DNA of 32,000 nucleotides from Buchnera aphidicola str. APS (Acyrthosiphon pisum) (GTDB lineage: Bacteria > Pseudomonadota > Gammaproteobacteria > Enterobacterales > Enterobacteriaceae), in the NCBI RefSeq assembly GCF_000009605.1, contig NC_002528.1:450001-482000 (forward strand), in the 5' to 3' direction. The notes under the pieces are model-generated. The model was not told the DNA's origin, made no database searches, and saw only the letters and a list, made by a program, of their open reading frames with translations. Made by a program: the position numbers and the translations under genes. Of this stretch, positions 1-11,825 are shown piece by piece; the stretch's first letter is position 1, and each line of letters opens with the position of its first letter.

Positions 1-1
1 A

Positions 2-1210
2 GGAGAAGCATGTTTGCGCGCAAAAATAAATATGAGTTCTTCTTCTATTATTATGCGAGATCCTGTTTTATACCGAATTATTTTTATTAAGCATCATCAG
101 ACTCAAAATAAATGGTGCATATATCCTATGTATGATTTTGCTCACTGTCTTTCAGATTCTATTGAAGGCATTACTCATTCCTTGTGTACGTTAGAATTTC
201 AAGATAATAAATTCTTATATAATTGGATTTTAAAAAATACTAGTGTTAAACACTATCCTAAGCAATATGAATTTTCTCGACTTAATTTAGAATTTTCTAT
301 TTTGTCTAAAAGAAAAATAAAAATACTTATTGATAAAAACATAATAGAAGGTTGGGATGATCCTCGAATACCTACACTTTCTGCTTTAAGAAGAAAAGGA
401 TACACCCCGTCTTCTATTAAAAATTTTTGTCAAAAAATTGGCGTGACTAAACAAAATAATTTAATAGAATTTTCTATGTTAGAACATTGTATTCGAAAAG
501 AATTGAACCAGACTGCTATACGTACTATGGCCATATTAGATCCAATTAAAATATTTTTATATAATTTAGATTCAAATTATAAAGAAGAATTTATAGTCCC
601 AAATCATCCTAATAACCCTGAAATGGGCACTCATAAAATTATTTTTACTAATACTATATATATTGACCGTTCAGATTTTAAAGAAAAATATGATAAAAAA
701 TATAAAAGATTAAAACTTGGAGAAAAAATACGTCTAAGATATTCTTACATCATTCATGCTGAGAAAATAGAAAAAGATGAATATGGTAATATCTCTAATA
801 TTATATGTTATTGTGATCTTAATACTTTAGGGAGAAAACCAAAAGATAATAAAAATCCCGCGGTAATACACTGGATATCAGAAAAAAATACACTTTCAGC
901 AGAATTTAAATTATATGATCAATTATTTAATATAAAAAATCCGGAACAACAAGAAAATTTTTTATTGTATATAAATTCAAAATCATTAATTAAAAAATTT
1001 GGGTTTATAGAAAAAAAAATAGGAGAAGAAATACAAAAAAAAATCAGTAATAATAATATAGAAATATTTTTTCAATTTGAAAGAATTGGTTATTTTTGTA
1101 TAGATTTTATAGATTCTAAAAAAAATCAGTTGGTATTTAATCGTACTGTTGGATTACGTGATACATGGGATTCGAAAAAAATTAAAACAAAAAACATTAC
1201 TAATAATTAG
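2..1210 (+). CDS. glnS: Glutaminyl-tRNA synthetase, 5'-truncated by window edge
   Basis: Frame is open to the window edge ([26 protein letters not shown]...). Matches E. coli GlnS from '[23 protein letters not shown]' through 'GWDDPRMPTISGLRRRGYT', 'MPNHPNKPEMG' and '[10 protein letters not shown]'. The ORF-track start at 14 is an internal TTG, not the true start. Confidence 0.96.
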   Translation, partial: [402 protein letters not shown]

Positions 1211-1254
1211 TATCAGTATATAATATTAAAGTTATATTATAAATTAAAATATAA

Positions 1255-3021
<1,767 letters not shown>

Positions 3022-3050
3022 AAATATTTTTTAACATATTAAGGTTAAAC

Positions 3051-4355
3051 ATGTCTAAAATTACAAAAATCATAGCTCGTGAAATTATAGATTCACGAGG
3101 CAATCCTACTGTTGAATCTGAAGTTCATTTAGAAGGCGGATTTGTCGGACTAGCTTCTTCTCCTTCCGGAGCCTCTACCGGTTCTTTAGAAGCTTTAGAA
3201 TTAAGGGATGAAAATAAAGACAGATTCATGGGGAAAGGAGTGGAAAAAGCTGTTTCGTTAATAAACGAAAAAATATCTATTGCATTAAAAAATAAAAATG
3301 CTAGAAATCAAAGTGATATTGATCATATTATGATTGATTTAGACGGAACAATCAATAAATCCAAATTAGGTGCTAATGCGATTTTATCTGTATCTTTAGC
3401 TGTTGCTAAAGCAGCTGCTGCATCTAAGAGAATGCCTTTATATGCGCATATTGCAGAAATAAATGAGACTCCTGGTGTTTTTTCTATGCCATTGCCTATG
3501 ATAAATATTATTAATGGTGGAAAACATGCTAATAATAATATAGATATTCAGGAGTTTATGATTCAACCAATCAGCGCAAAAACAGTAAAAGAATCTATAC
3601 GTATAGGATGTGAAATATTTCATGCATTAGGTGAATTATTAAAAGAAAAAGGAATGAGTACAACTGTAGGAGATGAAGGAGGTTATGCACCAAACTTGAA
3701 GTCTAATGAAGAAGCATTAAATATTATTCAAGATGCAATACAAAAAACTAAATATAAATTAGGACAAGATATACGATTAGCAATAGATTGTGCTGCTTCA
3801 GAATTATATAATAAAAACGAAAAAAAATATAATCTTAAAGGAGAAAATATTAGTTTTTCTTCAAAGGAATTCACTCATTATTTAGAAAAATTATCTCAAA
3901 AATATCCGATAGTTTCAATCGAAGATGGACAAGATGAGTCAGATTGGGAAGGATTTTTATATCAAACACATGTACTAGGTAATAAAATACAGTTAGTAGG
4001 AGATGATTTATTTGTTACAAATAAAAATATTTTAAAAAAAGGTATAAAAAAAGGAATTGCAAATTCAATATTAATAAAGTTAAATCAAATTGGAACATTA
4101 ACTGAAACTCTAGAAGCAATAAAAACAGCAAAACAAGCAAACTATGGAGTAATTATTTCTCATCGTTCAGGTGAAACAGAAGACGCTTCTATAGCAGATT
4201 TATCTGTAGGAACATCATCAGGACAAATTAAAACAGGTTCTATGAGTCGTTCTGATAGAACTTCAAAGTATAATCAATTGATTAGAATTGAAGAAAATTT
4301 AGGAACAAAATACGCTCCGTTTCATGGTTTACGAGAAATTAAATCAGCATTTTAA
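3051..4355 (+). CDS. eno: Enolase
   Basis: [30 protein letters not shown]..., [34 protein letters not shown]; 434 aa; adjacent to pyrG as in E. coli. Confidence 0.98.
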
Positions 4356-4383
4356 TTGTACTAATAGAATGTAGTATATTTTC

Positions 4384-4418
4384 AAGAATCAGGTATTTTA
4401 AAAACATGCCTGTTTCTT
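4384..4418 (+). terminator. Candidate terminator hairpin between convergent eno and nlpD
   Basis: AAGAATCAGGTAT - TTTAAAAAC - ATGCCTGTTTCTT: 13-position stem with one T/T mismatch and one T/G wobble. The wobble pairs only in + strand RNA, so the eno transcript is the better fit. Confidence 0.55.
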
Positions 4419-4512
4419 ATTCAAAAAAAAATATTTAGAAAAAAATCAAACAAAAAATAGTTTTATTTTGTTAAAAAATATAGTTTAGTATAAGTTTTAG
4501 AAATATCATAAA

Positions 4513-5517
4513 TTAAATATTTGTATTAATTTTAGGTAATATACTTAATGGATTTATTGATTCTCCCAAATAACGTATTTCAAAATAAAGTCGCGCTAGG
4601 TTAGTATCTGACGATAATCCCATCGTAGCGATTTGCTGATTTTTATAAACCCTATCTTTTTCTTTTACTAATACTGAATTATTAAAAGCATAAATACTAA
4701 GATAATTTTGATCGTGCTTAATAATAATTAATAGACCATATTTTTTAAATAAATTAGTAACGAAAACCACTTCCCCTGCAGCTGTAGAAAAAACTGGTTG
4801 TCCTTTAAAACCAATTATTTCTATTCTTTTATTTCCTAATTTATCAATATAAAAATATTTAGTGTTCTTATTTTTAACAGGCCAAGACCAGTTATTAGAA
4901 AAATTAAAAAATTTTAATTTTAAAGAATTATTATTTTTTTTTATTTTTTTTATGCAAAAAAAACATATTTTTTTAGTTTTTATATTATCTTTCAAAAATT
5001 TTTCAATATTTAATAAATTTTTAAAAACAACTTCACAAGAATTATGTTGTTTTATACTGTTTTTTTCTAAATTTAGAATAGAACAATCATTATTATTTTT
5101 ATCAATTAAAAAATCTCCCATCCATATTTTTTGACCTATAATTATTTTATAAGGTTTTTTGATAGAGTTAAATTTAGATAATTCATGATAATTATAACCA
5201 GAATTTTTAGCAATAGAATACATCGTGTCTTTTGATTTCACAATATAAAATATCTTAAATCTATTTTTTTGAAAAAAACCAATAAAATGATTATTGCCAA
5301 TAATAATTTTTTTATTTAAAAAAAAATTTTTTTTATATTTTAAAAAAGAAAAACATTCATTTTTTTTAAAAAAAATAAAATCTTTTGTATATTTTTTATC
5401 AATAAAAAAATTAGAATCATATCGATTATTAAAAAAAAATCCGAATGCAAAATTATTAAAAGAAAACGAAAAAAATATTAAAAATAATAATTTAAATAAA
5501 AAAATTTTTAATTGCAT
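4513..5517 (-). CDS. nlpD: NlpD-like LysM + degenerate LytM/M23 domain envelope protein
   Basis: LysM-like segment FYIVKSKDTMYSIAKNSGYNYHELSKFNSI...IIGQKIWMG. C-terminus GLLIIIKHDQNYLSIYAFNN...ATMG...LYFEIRYLGESINPLSILPK parallels E. coli NlpD [20 protein letters not shown]...ATMG...[20 protein letters not shown]. ATG at 5517 is preceded by AAAGGG, supporting it over the upstream ATG at 5562. Confidence 0.85.
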   Translation of the reverse strand: MQLKIFLFKLLFLIFFSFSFNNFAFGFFFNNRYDSNFFIDKKYTKDFIFFKKNECFSFLKYKKNFFLNKKIIIGNNHFIGFFQKNRFKIFYIVKSKDTMYSIAKNSGYNYHELSKFNSIKKPYKIIIGQKIWMGDFLIDKNNNDCSILNLEKNSIKQHNSCEVVFKNLLNIEKFLKDNIKTKKICFFCIKKIKKNNNSLKLKFFNFSNNWSWPVKNKNTKYFYIDKLGNKRIEIIGFKGQPVFSTAAGEVVFVTNLFKKYGLLIIIKHDQNYLSIYAFNNSVLVKEKDRVYKNQQIATMGLSSDTNLARLYFEIRYLGESINPLSILPKINTNI

Positions 5518-5607
5518 TATATTTATCCCTTTAATTTCATTAAAAATAAATGTCTTAGACAATATTTTTTTATATATTTAAAAAATTAAAAAGAATGACT
5601 TATTTAT

Positions 5608-6093
5608 TTAAATACATTTTTTATTTTTTATTAGCATTACAATCGAGTGACAAGCGATCGCTTCTTTTCTTCCAATGCATCCTATTTTTTTGGAAGTTGT
5701 AGATTTAATACTGATATTATCTATTTCAGTATTAAGATCTAATGATAAATTTGATCGCATAAAAAATATATAAGGCAACATTTTTGGATATTCTGCAATA
5801 ATAGTAATATCAATATTACATATATCATAATTTAATAGTATGATTTTATTCCAAATTTTTTTTAATAAAATTCTACTGTCAATATTTTTGTAGATGTAAT
5901 TGTTACTTGGGAAAAAAGAACCAATATCACCCATAGCAGTCGCTCCCAATAATGCATCGATTAAAGAATGTATTAATAAATCACCATTAGAGTGAGCAAT
6001 TAAACCTTTTTCACAAGGTATTAAAACACCACCAATAATTAATGGTTTAGTGCTTCCAAAAGCATGAAGATCAAAACCATATCCAATTCTCAT
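5608..6093 (-). CDS. ispF: 2-C-methyl-D-erythritol 2,4-cyclodiphosphate synthase
   Basis: [13 protein letters not shown]...[44 protein letters not shown]; 161 aa; next to ispD. Confidence 0.95.
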
Positions 6094-6108
6094 AAAAATA
6101 ACCTTTTT

Positions 6109-6822
6109 TTATTTATCTATAATGTGATTTTTTAAATAAAAGTTTGCAAGAACAAGATCTTCAGGCCAAGTAATTTTAATGTTTCTACAACTACCTAAAA
6201 CAAGTAATGGATTATATCCACAATATTCTAGTGCTGATGCCTCATCTGTAACGCTAATCTGATCTTTAATTATTTTTTTTAAACAATTTTTTAGTAGCTC
6301 TACCTGAAATAACTGAGGAGTCAAAGCATGCCATAGATTTTTTCTATATACTGTGTACACTGCTTTTTTTTGTTTTAAATTACTATATTTAATAGTATCA
6401 GATACAGGTCTTGCTAAAATCGCACCTACTGGATTTTTTTTAATAATAGATATTAATTTTTCTAAATCTTTATAGCTTAAACACGGACGAACTGCATCAT
6501 GAACTATAACCCAATCTACATTTTTTACTACTATTAATCCTGATAAAACTGAATTTATTCTTTTTTCACCACCCACTACAGAAATAATACGAAAATTAGA
6601 CGAAATAGATAATTTATGAAAGTAATTATCTTTTTTATTTAAGCTTACAATTATTTGAACTATATTAGGATGTAATAATAATGTTGTTAAGGTATGCTCA
6701 AGAATAGTACGATTTTGAATTTTTATATATTGTTTAGGTACATCTATCTTCATTCTACTACCTATTCCAGCAGCAGGTACGATAGCTATAATTTTTGGTT
6801 CAAATAAATTAACCAAGATCAT
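6109..6822 (-). CDS. ispD: 2-C-methyl-D-erythritol 4-phosphate cytidylyltransferase
   Basis: IIAIVPAAGIGSRMKIDVPKQYIKI...VIVHDAVRPCLSYKDL...ALTPQLFQ; 237 aa; next to ispF and ftsB. Confidence 0.95.
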   Translation of the reverse strand: MILVNLFEPKIIAIVPAAGIGSRMKIDVPKQYIKIQNRTILEHTLTTLLLHPNIVQIIVSLNKKDNYFHKLSISSNFRIISVVGGEKRINSVLSGLIVVKNVDWVIVHDAVRPCLSYKDLEKLISIIKKNPVGAILARPVSDTIKYSNLKQKKAVYTVYRKNLWHALTPQLFQVELLKNCLKKIIKDQISVTDEASALEYCGYNPLLVLGSCRNIKITWPEDLVLANFYLKNHIIDK

Positions 6823-6904
6823 TTTATATCCAAAAATAAGACTAAAAAATTTTTTTAAATTTAAAAAAAAATTTTTCTTTTATTTAAAATAATTTATATA
6901 AATA

Positions 6905-7120
6905 TTATGTTTTTTTTTTATCTTTATTAATATGATTATTAAAATTTTCAATTTCTAATATTATTTGATTATTACGCATATCAAGATATTCATTATTTTT
7001 TTTTTCTATCGTAACCCTTCTATATATTTTTATAAAATCTAAAACACCATTTTTCCCAAACCAAAGAGAATATTGCAACCAAAATAACAAAGAAAGCAAA
7101 AATATTTTTAATATCTTCAT
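6905..7120 (-). CDS. ftsB: Cell division protein FtsB, C-terminally short
   Basis: [32 protein letters not shown]... matches E. coli FtsB [29 protein letters not shown]. 71 aa; upstream of ispD as in E. coli. Confidence 0.88.
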   Translation of the reverse strand: [71 protein letters not shown]

Positions 7121-7177
7121 GTATTACTCTGAAAAAATTTAATTTATATGTATAAAAATTTTTCATATCAAATATAT

Positions 7178-7798
7178 TTAATCTATGTTAATAAAAGATA
7201 TTATATTATGATTATATAAAATTTTTATTAATTTTTTTGAGTTATTTTTTAAAGAATCTGTACCCTTTAAAAGAACATCAGGTGTATTAGGAGTTTCGTA
7301 TGTACATTGTATACCAGTAAAATCAGATATTTGGCCTGTGCGGGCTTGTTTATATAATTTTTTAGGATCTCGAGATTCACAAATTTCAATAGGTGTATCA
7401 ATGAAAACTTCTAAAAAGTTTTTTTTTCCTAACATTTGACGTACCATTTCCCTTTGATTTCTATAGGGGGAAATAACTGATACCAATATTATTAGACCAG
7501 CATGTAACATCATTTTTACTACTTCTCCAATGCGTCTAATGTTTTCATTCCTATCTGCCAAACTAAAACTTAAATCAGAACATAAACCAGACCTAATATT
7601 GTCTCCGTCTAATAAATAGCTATTAATTCCATTTTTAAACAATATTTCTTCTAAAAAATTTGCTATGGTTGATTTTCCTGAACCTGAGAGCCCAGTGAAC
7701 CATAGTACAATTGATTTATGACCATTTTTTTTTTCACGTTTTAGGCGTGTAATTGAATGTTTTTGCCAAAAAATATTGTTTTGAAAATTATTGTTCAT
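7178..7798 (-). CDS. cysC: Adenylylsulfate (APS) kinase
   Basis: P-loop GLSGSGKST, LLDGDNIRSGLCSDLSFSLADRNENIRRIGEV; start codon abuts the cysN stop (TAAATG). Confidence 0.96.
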   Translation of the reverse strand: MNNNFQNNIFWQKHSITRLKREKKNGHKSIVLWFTGLSGSGKSTIANFLEEILFKNGINSYLLDGDNIRSGLCSDLSFSLADRNENIRRIGEVVKMMLHAGLIILVSVISPYRNQREMVRQMLGKKNFLEVFIDTPIEICESRDPKKLYKQARTGQISDFTGIQCTYETPNTPDVLLKGTDSLKNNSKKLIKILYNHNIISFINID

Positions 7799-9220
7799 TT
7801 ACTTATAAACCTTTTTCATTAAAATTTTTGGTATGTTCCAATGTGGAAAATGACGAATAATTAAATCATAAAAATCTGATTCAAAATCTTTTTGTTTATT
7901 AGACGGTATTTTTCCTTTTTTGTCTAAACTATTTACAATCATTCCGGCGCCTACTGTAATGTTAGTTAAAAGATCAATAAAAATCATATTACCAGTCATT
8001 CTATTTTCACTATAATTATCAAAAATCACAGGTTTGCTAAAATATATTTTAACTCGACCAATACTATTTAAAACAAGAGAATGGCTTTTTACCTTTTTTA
8101 AGGTATTAACATCCAACTTGAATAAAATTTCTTTAATGTAAACACGTATTTTCTTACCAGACAACTTGACATTATATGATTCTCCTGCTAATAAGATATT
8201 ATCTGTCATCCAAACAATATCTATGATAGCTTCTTGGGAAGGTTGTAATATAGAATCAATATTTACAAAAAAATCACCGCGATTAATATCTATTTCATCT
8301 TTTAATACTACTGTAATTGATTCACCTATTTCGGCTTTTTTTAGTTCTTTATCAAATGTTACAATTCGAGAGACACGAGAGTTTATGTTCTCAGGTAATA
8401 TTTTAATAGTTTGTCCGACATGCATCCTACCAGACAGTAATATTCCGGAATATCCACGAAAATCTGAATTTGGACGATTGATATATTGTACTGGAAATCT
8501 CAGTTCTTCTGAACTAATACTATTTTTAATTTTTATTGTTTCTAAAAAACTTAGCAAGGTTACACCTTGATACCAAGGCATTAATTTTGTTTTAAAAACA
8601 ATATTTTCACCAAGCAACGCAGACATAGGAATAAAAATAATATTTAAATCATTGGCGAGTTTTTTAGAAAAAATTAAAAAATCTTTTTTTATATTTTCAA
8701 ATATTTCTTGTTTATAGTTAACTAGATCCATTTTATTAATGGCAACAATTAAATATTTAATTCCGAGTAAAGTAGAAATAAAGCTATGTCGGTAGGTTTG
8801 TTCTGATAATCCTTTCCTAGCGTCAACTAATAAAATAGATAAATCGCATGTAGAAGCTCCTGTCGCCATATTACGAGTATATTGTTCATGTCCAGGTGTA
8901 TCTGCAATAATAAATTTTCTTTTATTAGTAGAAAAGTAACGATAAGCTACATCAATAGTAATCCCTTGCTCACGCTCTGATTGCAGGCCATCTACTACTA
9001 GCGCAAGATCTATTTCATTACCTTGTGTACCATGACGTTTACTATCACTTTTTAAAAAAAATAATTGGTCGTCATAAATTTGTTTAGTATCATGTAATAA
9101 ACGACCAATTAACGTGCTCTTTCCATCATCTACACTACCACAGGTTAAAAATTTTAATAAAGTTTTCTTTTGTTGTAAATCTAACCATTTCTTAAAGTTA
9201 TCTTTCATATTAATGTTCAT
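7799..9220 (-). CDS. cysN: Sulfate adenylyltransferase subunit 1 (GTPase)
   Basis: TCGSVDDGKSTLIGRLLHDTKQIYDDQL, DTPGHEQYTRNMATGASTCDLSILLVDARKG, NKMD; 473 aa. Confidence 0.97.
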   Translation of the reverse strand: MNINMKDNFKKWLDLQQKKTLLKFLTCGSVDDGKSTLIGRLLHDTKQIYDDQLFFLKSDSKRHGTQGNEIDLALVVDGLQSEREQGITIDVAYRYFSTNKRKFIIADTPGHEQYTRNMATGASTCDLSILLVDARKGLSEQTYRHSFISTLLGIKYLIVAINKMDLVNYKQEIFENIKKDFLIFSKKLANDLNIIFIPMSALLGENIVFKTKLMPWYQGVTLLSFLETIKIKNSISSEELRFPVQYINRPNSDFRGYSGILLSGRMHVGQTIKILPENINSRVSRIVTFDKELKKAEIGESITVVLKDEIDINRGDFFVNIDSILQPSQEAIIDIVWMTDNILLAGESYNVKLSGKKIRVYIKEILFKLDVNTLKKVKSHSLVLNSIGRVKIYFSKPVIFDNYSENRMTGNMIFIDLLTNITVGAGMIVNSLDKKGKIPSNKQKDFESDFYDLIIRHFPHWNIPKILMKKVYK

Positions 9221-9238
9221 CTTTTTAAATTTCTCTTT

Positions 9239-10147
9239 TTAAAAATAACCCTGTCTTTTTTTAAATTCCATTGAACTTTTTTGATCATAATCAATAGCAC
9301 GACCAGTTCGTTCACTTGTTTTAACAATTAATGTTTCCTTAATTATATCTTCAACATTTCTAGCTTCTGATTCAATTGCATTAGTCAAAGGCCAACATCC
9401 TAATGTACGAAACCTAACCATTTTTTCTTTTATTACTTCGTTAGACTTAATTTTCATACGACTATCATCGATCACTGTTAGCACGCCATTTCTTTCTAAT
9501 ACTGGACGCTTGGCAGCAAAATAAAGAGGAACAATTTCAATTTTTTCTAAAAAAATATATTGCCAAATATCTAATTCCGTCCAATTAGAAAGGGGAAAAA
9601 CACGGATATTTTCTCCTTTATTTATTTGACCATTATAGTTCCACCATAACTCAGGGCGCTGTTTTTTTGGATCCCATTGATGTAATGAATCACGAAAAGA
9701 ATAGATGCGTTCTTTAGAACGTGATTTTTCTTCATCTCGTCTAGCGCCACCAAAGGCTGCATCAAAATTATATTTATTTATAGCTTCTTTTAATCCTTCT
9801 GTTTTCATGATATCAGTATATTTACTCCCTCCGTTTTCAAAAGGATTTAAACCTAATAATTTCCCTTTTGAATGAGAATGCACGATTAATTCTATGTTAG
9901 AAGTACTCGCTATATGATCTCTGAAAATATACATTTCTTTAAACTTCCATCCAGTATCTATGTGCAGCAAAGGAAAAGGTATAGTTCCAGGATAAAAAGA
10001 TTTTTTTGCTAAATGTAACATAACTGAAGAATCTTTTCCGATAGAATATAACATTACAGGATTTTGAAAATCTGACATTACTTCTCTCATAATATAAATA
10101 CTTTCTGATTCTAGTTGACGCAAATGAGTAGTATTTTTTTTAAACAT
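9239..10147 (-). CDS. cysD: Sulfate adenylyltransferase subunit 2
   Basis: [17 protein letters not shown]...[18 protein letters not shown]...[25 protein letters not shown]; 302 aa. Confidence 0.97.
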
Positions 10148-10156
10148 TGTCGCCCC

Positions 10157-11578
10157 TCAAATAAATGTTAATGTAGAAAATTTATTTTTAATTTTCTTTA
10201 ATATATTTTCACTTTGAAACCATGCTAGTTTCTTATGTAAATGAACCACATCTCCAATAATCAATAAAGATGGAGTAGCAGCAAATGGAATAATTTTTTC
10301 AATTTCACCTAAACAACCTACAATAACTTTTTGATGAATAGTAGTACCTTGTACAATAATAGCTATTGGTGTTAATTTAGATCGACCAAATGTAATTAGT
10401 TTTTGAGCTATATATACAGCTTTTAATGTACCCATGTATACAACTAAAGTATATGAGGGATCAGATAGTATCGACCAATTATTTAAAAAACCATCAATAC
10501 ATTTATGTCCTGTAATAAATATAACACCTTGTGAGTATTTGCGATGTGTCAGTGGTATTCCGGTATAAGCTGCAATACCAATTGCAGAAGTAATACCTGG
10601 AACGACTTGAAAATGAATACCTGCATCTTTGGCTGCTTCTATTTCTTCACTACCACGTCCGAAAATAAAGGGATCACCACCTTTTAAACGCACTACTTTT
10701 TTTCCTTTTTGTGCGAAAAAAATTAATAATTTAATAATTTCATTCTGAGTAATATTTTTTAAACCAACTCGTTTTCCAACACATATTCGTTTTGCATCAC
10801 GACGAATCAAATCTAAAATATCTTCAGAAACTAAATAATCATATAAAACCACATCTGCTTGTTGTAAAACTTGCAGACCTCTTAAAGTTAATAAACCACT
10901 ATCTCCTGGTCCAGCACCTACTAGAATAATTTCACCTGTTAATGAAATATTCTGATTCATATTTTTTTTTAAAACATTAATCGCTTGTTCTTTATTGCCA
11001 TTAAGAATATGTTCTACAAAAATACTATGAAACAATTTTTCCCAAAATTTACGTCTTTCTAGAAAATTTGAAAAATGTTTTTTAATTGCTAATCTCCATT
11101 TACCTGCAATTTTAGCAACATCGCCTAATTTATTTGGTAAAATTGCTTCAATTTTTTCACGTAAAAGACGTAATAATACGGGAGCAGTGCCGCCTGAAGA
11201 AATTGCTACAATTAAAGGAGAACGATCGATGATAGAAGGAAAAATAAAAGAACATTTTAACTTATCATCAACTATATTTACTAATACGCAGCGCTCATTG
11301 CATTTTTTAAATATATATTGATTTAATTTTATATCATTTGTAGCTGAAACTACTAAAAATATTTTATTTAAATAAATCAAATCAAAATTTTTAGATAACC
11401 AATTTATTTTTTGATCACGTAAAAGTAACTTCACTTCTGAACATAATTCTTTAGCAATAACATTAACTTTAGCTTTAGCACGGAGTAGTATTCTAATTTT
11501 ATTTAATCCTACTTCTCCTGCACCAATAACTAAAACATTTTTAGATTTTAAATCTATGAAAATAGGAAGATAGTTCAC
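10157..11578 (-). CDS. cysG: Siroheme synthase (uroporphyrinogen-III methyltransferase / precorrin-2 dehydrogenase / ferrochelatase), GTG start
   Basis: MNYLPIFIDLKSKNVLVIGAGEVG...SSGGTAPVLLRLLREK...GAGPGDSGLLTLRGLQVLQQADVVLYD...GGDPFIFGRGSEE. 473 aa; GTG at 11576-11578 is collinear with the E. coli start. Confidence 0.96.
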   Translation of the reverse strand: MNYLPIFIDLKSKNVLVIGAGEVGLNKIRILLRAKAKVNVIAKELCSEVKLLLRDQKINWLSKNFDLIYLNKIFLVVSATNDIKLNQYIFKKCNERCVLVNIVDDKLKCSFIFPSIIDRSPLIVAISSGGTAPVLLRLLREKIEAILPNKLGDVAKIAGKWRLAIKKHFSNFLERRKFWEKLFHSIFVEHILNGNKEQAINVLKKNMNQNISLTGEIILVGAGPGDSGLLTLRGLQVLQQADVVLYDYLVSEDILDLIRRDAKRICVGKRVGLKNITQNEIIKLLIFFAQKGKKVVRLKGGDPFIFGRGSEEIEAAKDAGIHFQVVPGITSAIGIAAYTGIPLTHRKYSQGVIFITGHKCIDGFLNNWSILSDPSYTLVVYMGTLKAVYIAQKLITFGRSKLTPIAIIVQGTTIHQKVIVGCLGEIEKIIPFAATPSLLIIGDVVHLHKKLAWFQSENILKKIKNKFSTLTFI

Positions 11579-11808
11579 AGTCGCCTTATTTTAAAAAAAA
11601 CTAAACTTATTAATAGAAAAATATTTTTTTAATAAAATTATCAATTTTACATCAGATCCTATGTAAGATACATTATTTAATATTTATTTAAACTTTTTAA
11701 AATATTGATATACAATATAAATATGCAAGAAATATATTATTTTAACATATCAATGTTATAAAAATGCGTTGTTAGTATCTTATATTTATCTTAAAAAAAT
11801 AGTTAAGA

Positions 11809-11825
11809 TACAGTTTGTTACTGTA
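11809..11825 (-). terminator. Weak candidate terminator downstream of cysJIH
   Basis: On the minus strand: TACAGT-AACAA-ACTGTA followed by TCTTAACTATTTTTTT. Only 6 bp, but with a T-rich tail, located just after the cysH stop. Confidence 0.3.

Noticed and set aside
1219-1241. 8-bp inverted repeat TATAATAT/ATATTATA after glnS
   Set aside because: Purely A/T stem; expected often by chance at this base composition.
3438-3623. Minus-strand 61-aa ORF
   Set aside because: Fully antisense to eno; no recognisable protein.
4862-5134. Plus-strand 90-aa ORF
   Set aside because: Antisense to nlpD; Phe/Leu/Ile-rich composition is that expected from complementing poly-Lys/Asn codons.
5294-5581. Plus-strand 95-aa ORF
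   Set aside because: Antisense to the nlpD 5' end; low complexity K/F repeats, no homology.
8166-8570. Plus-strand 134-aa ORF, the longest antisense ORF
   Set aside because: Lies entirely inside cysN, which has unmistakable GTPase motifs in its own frame.
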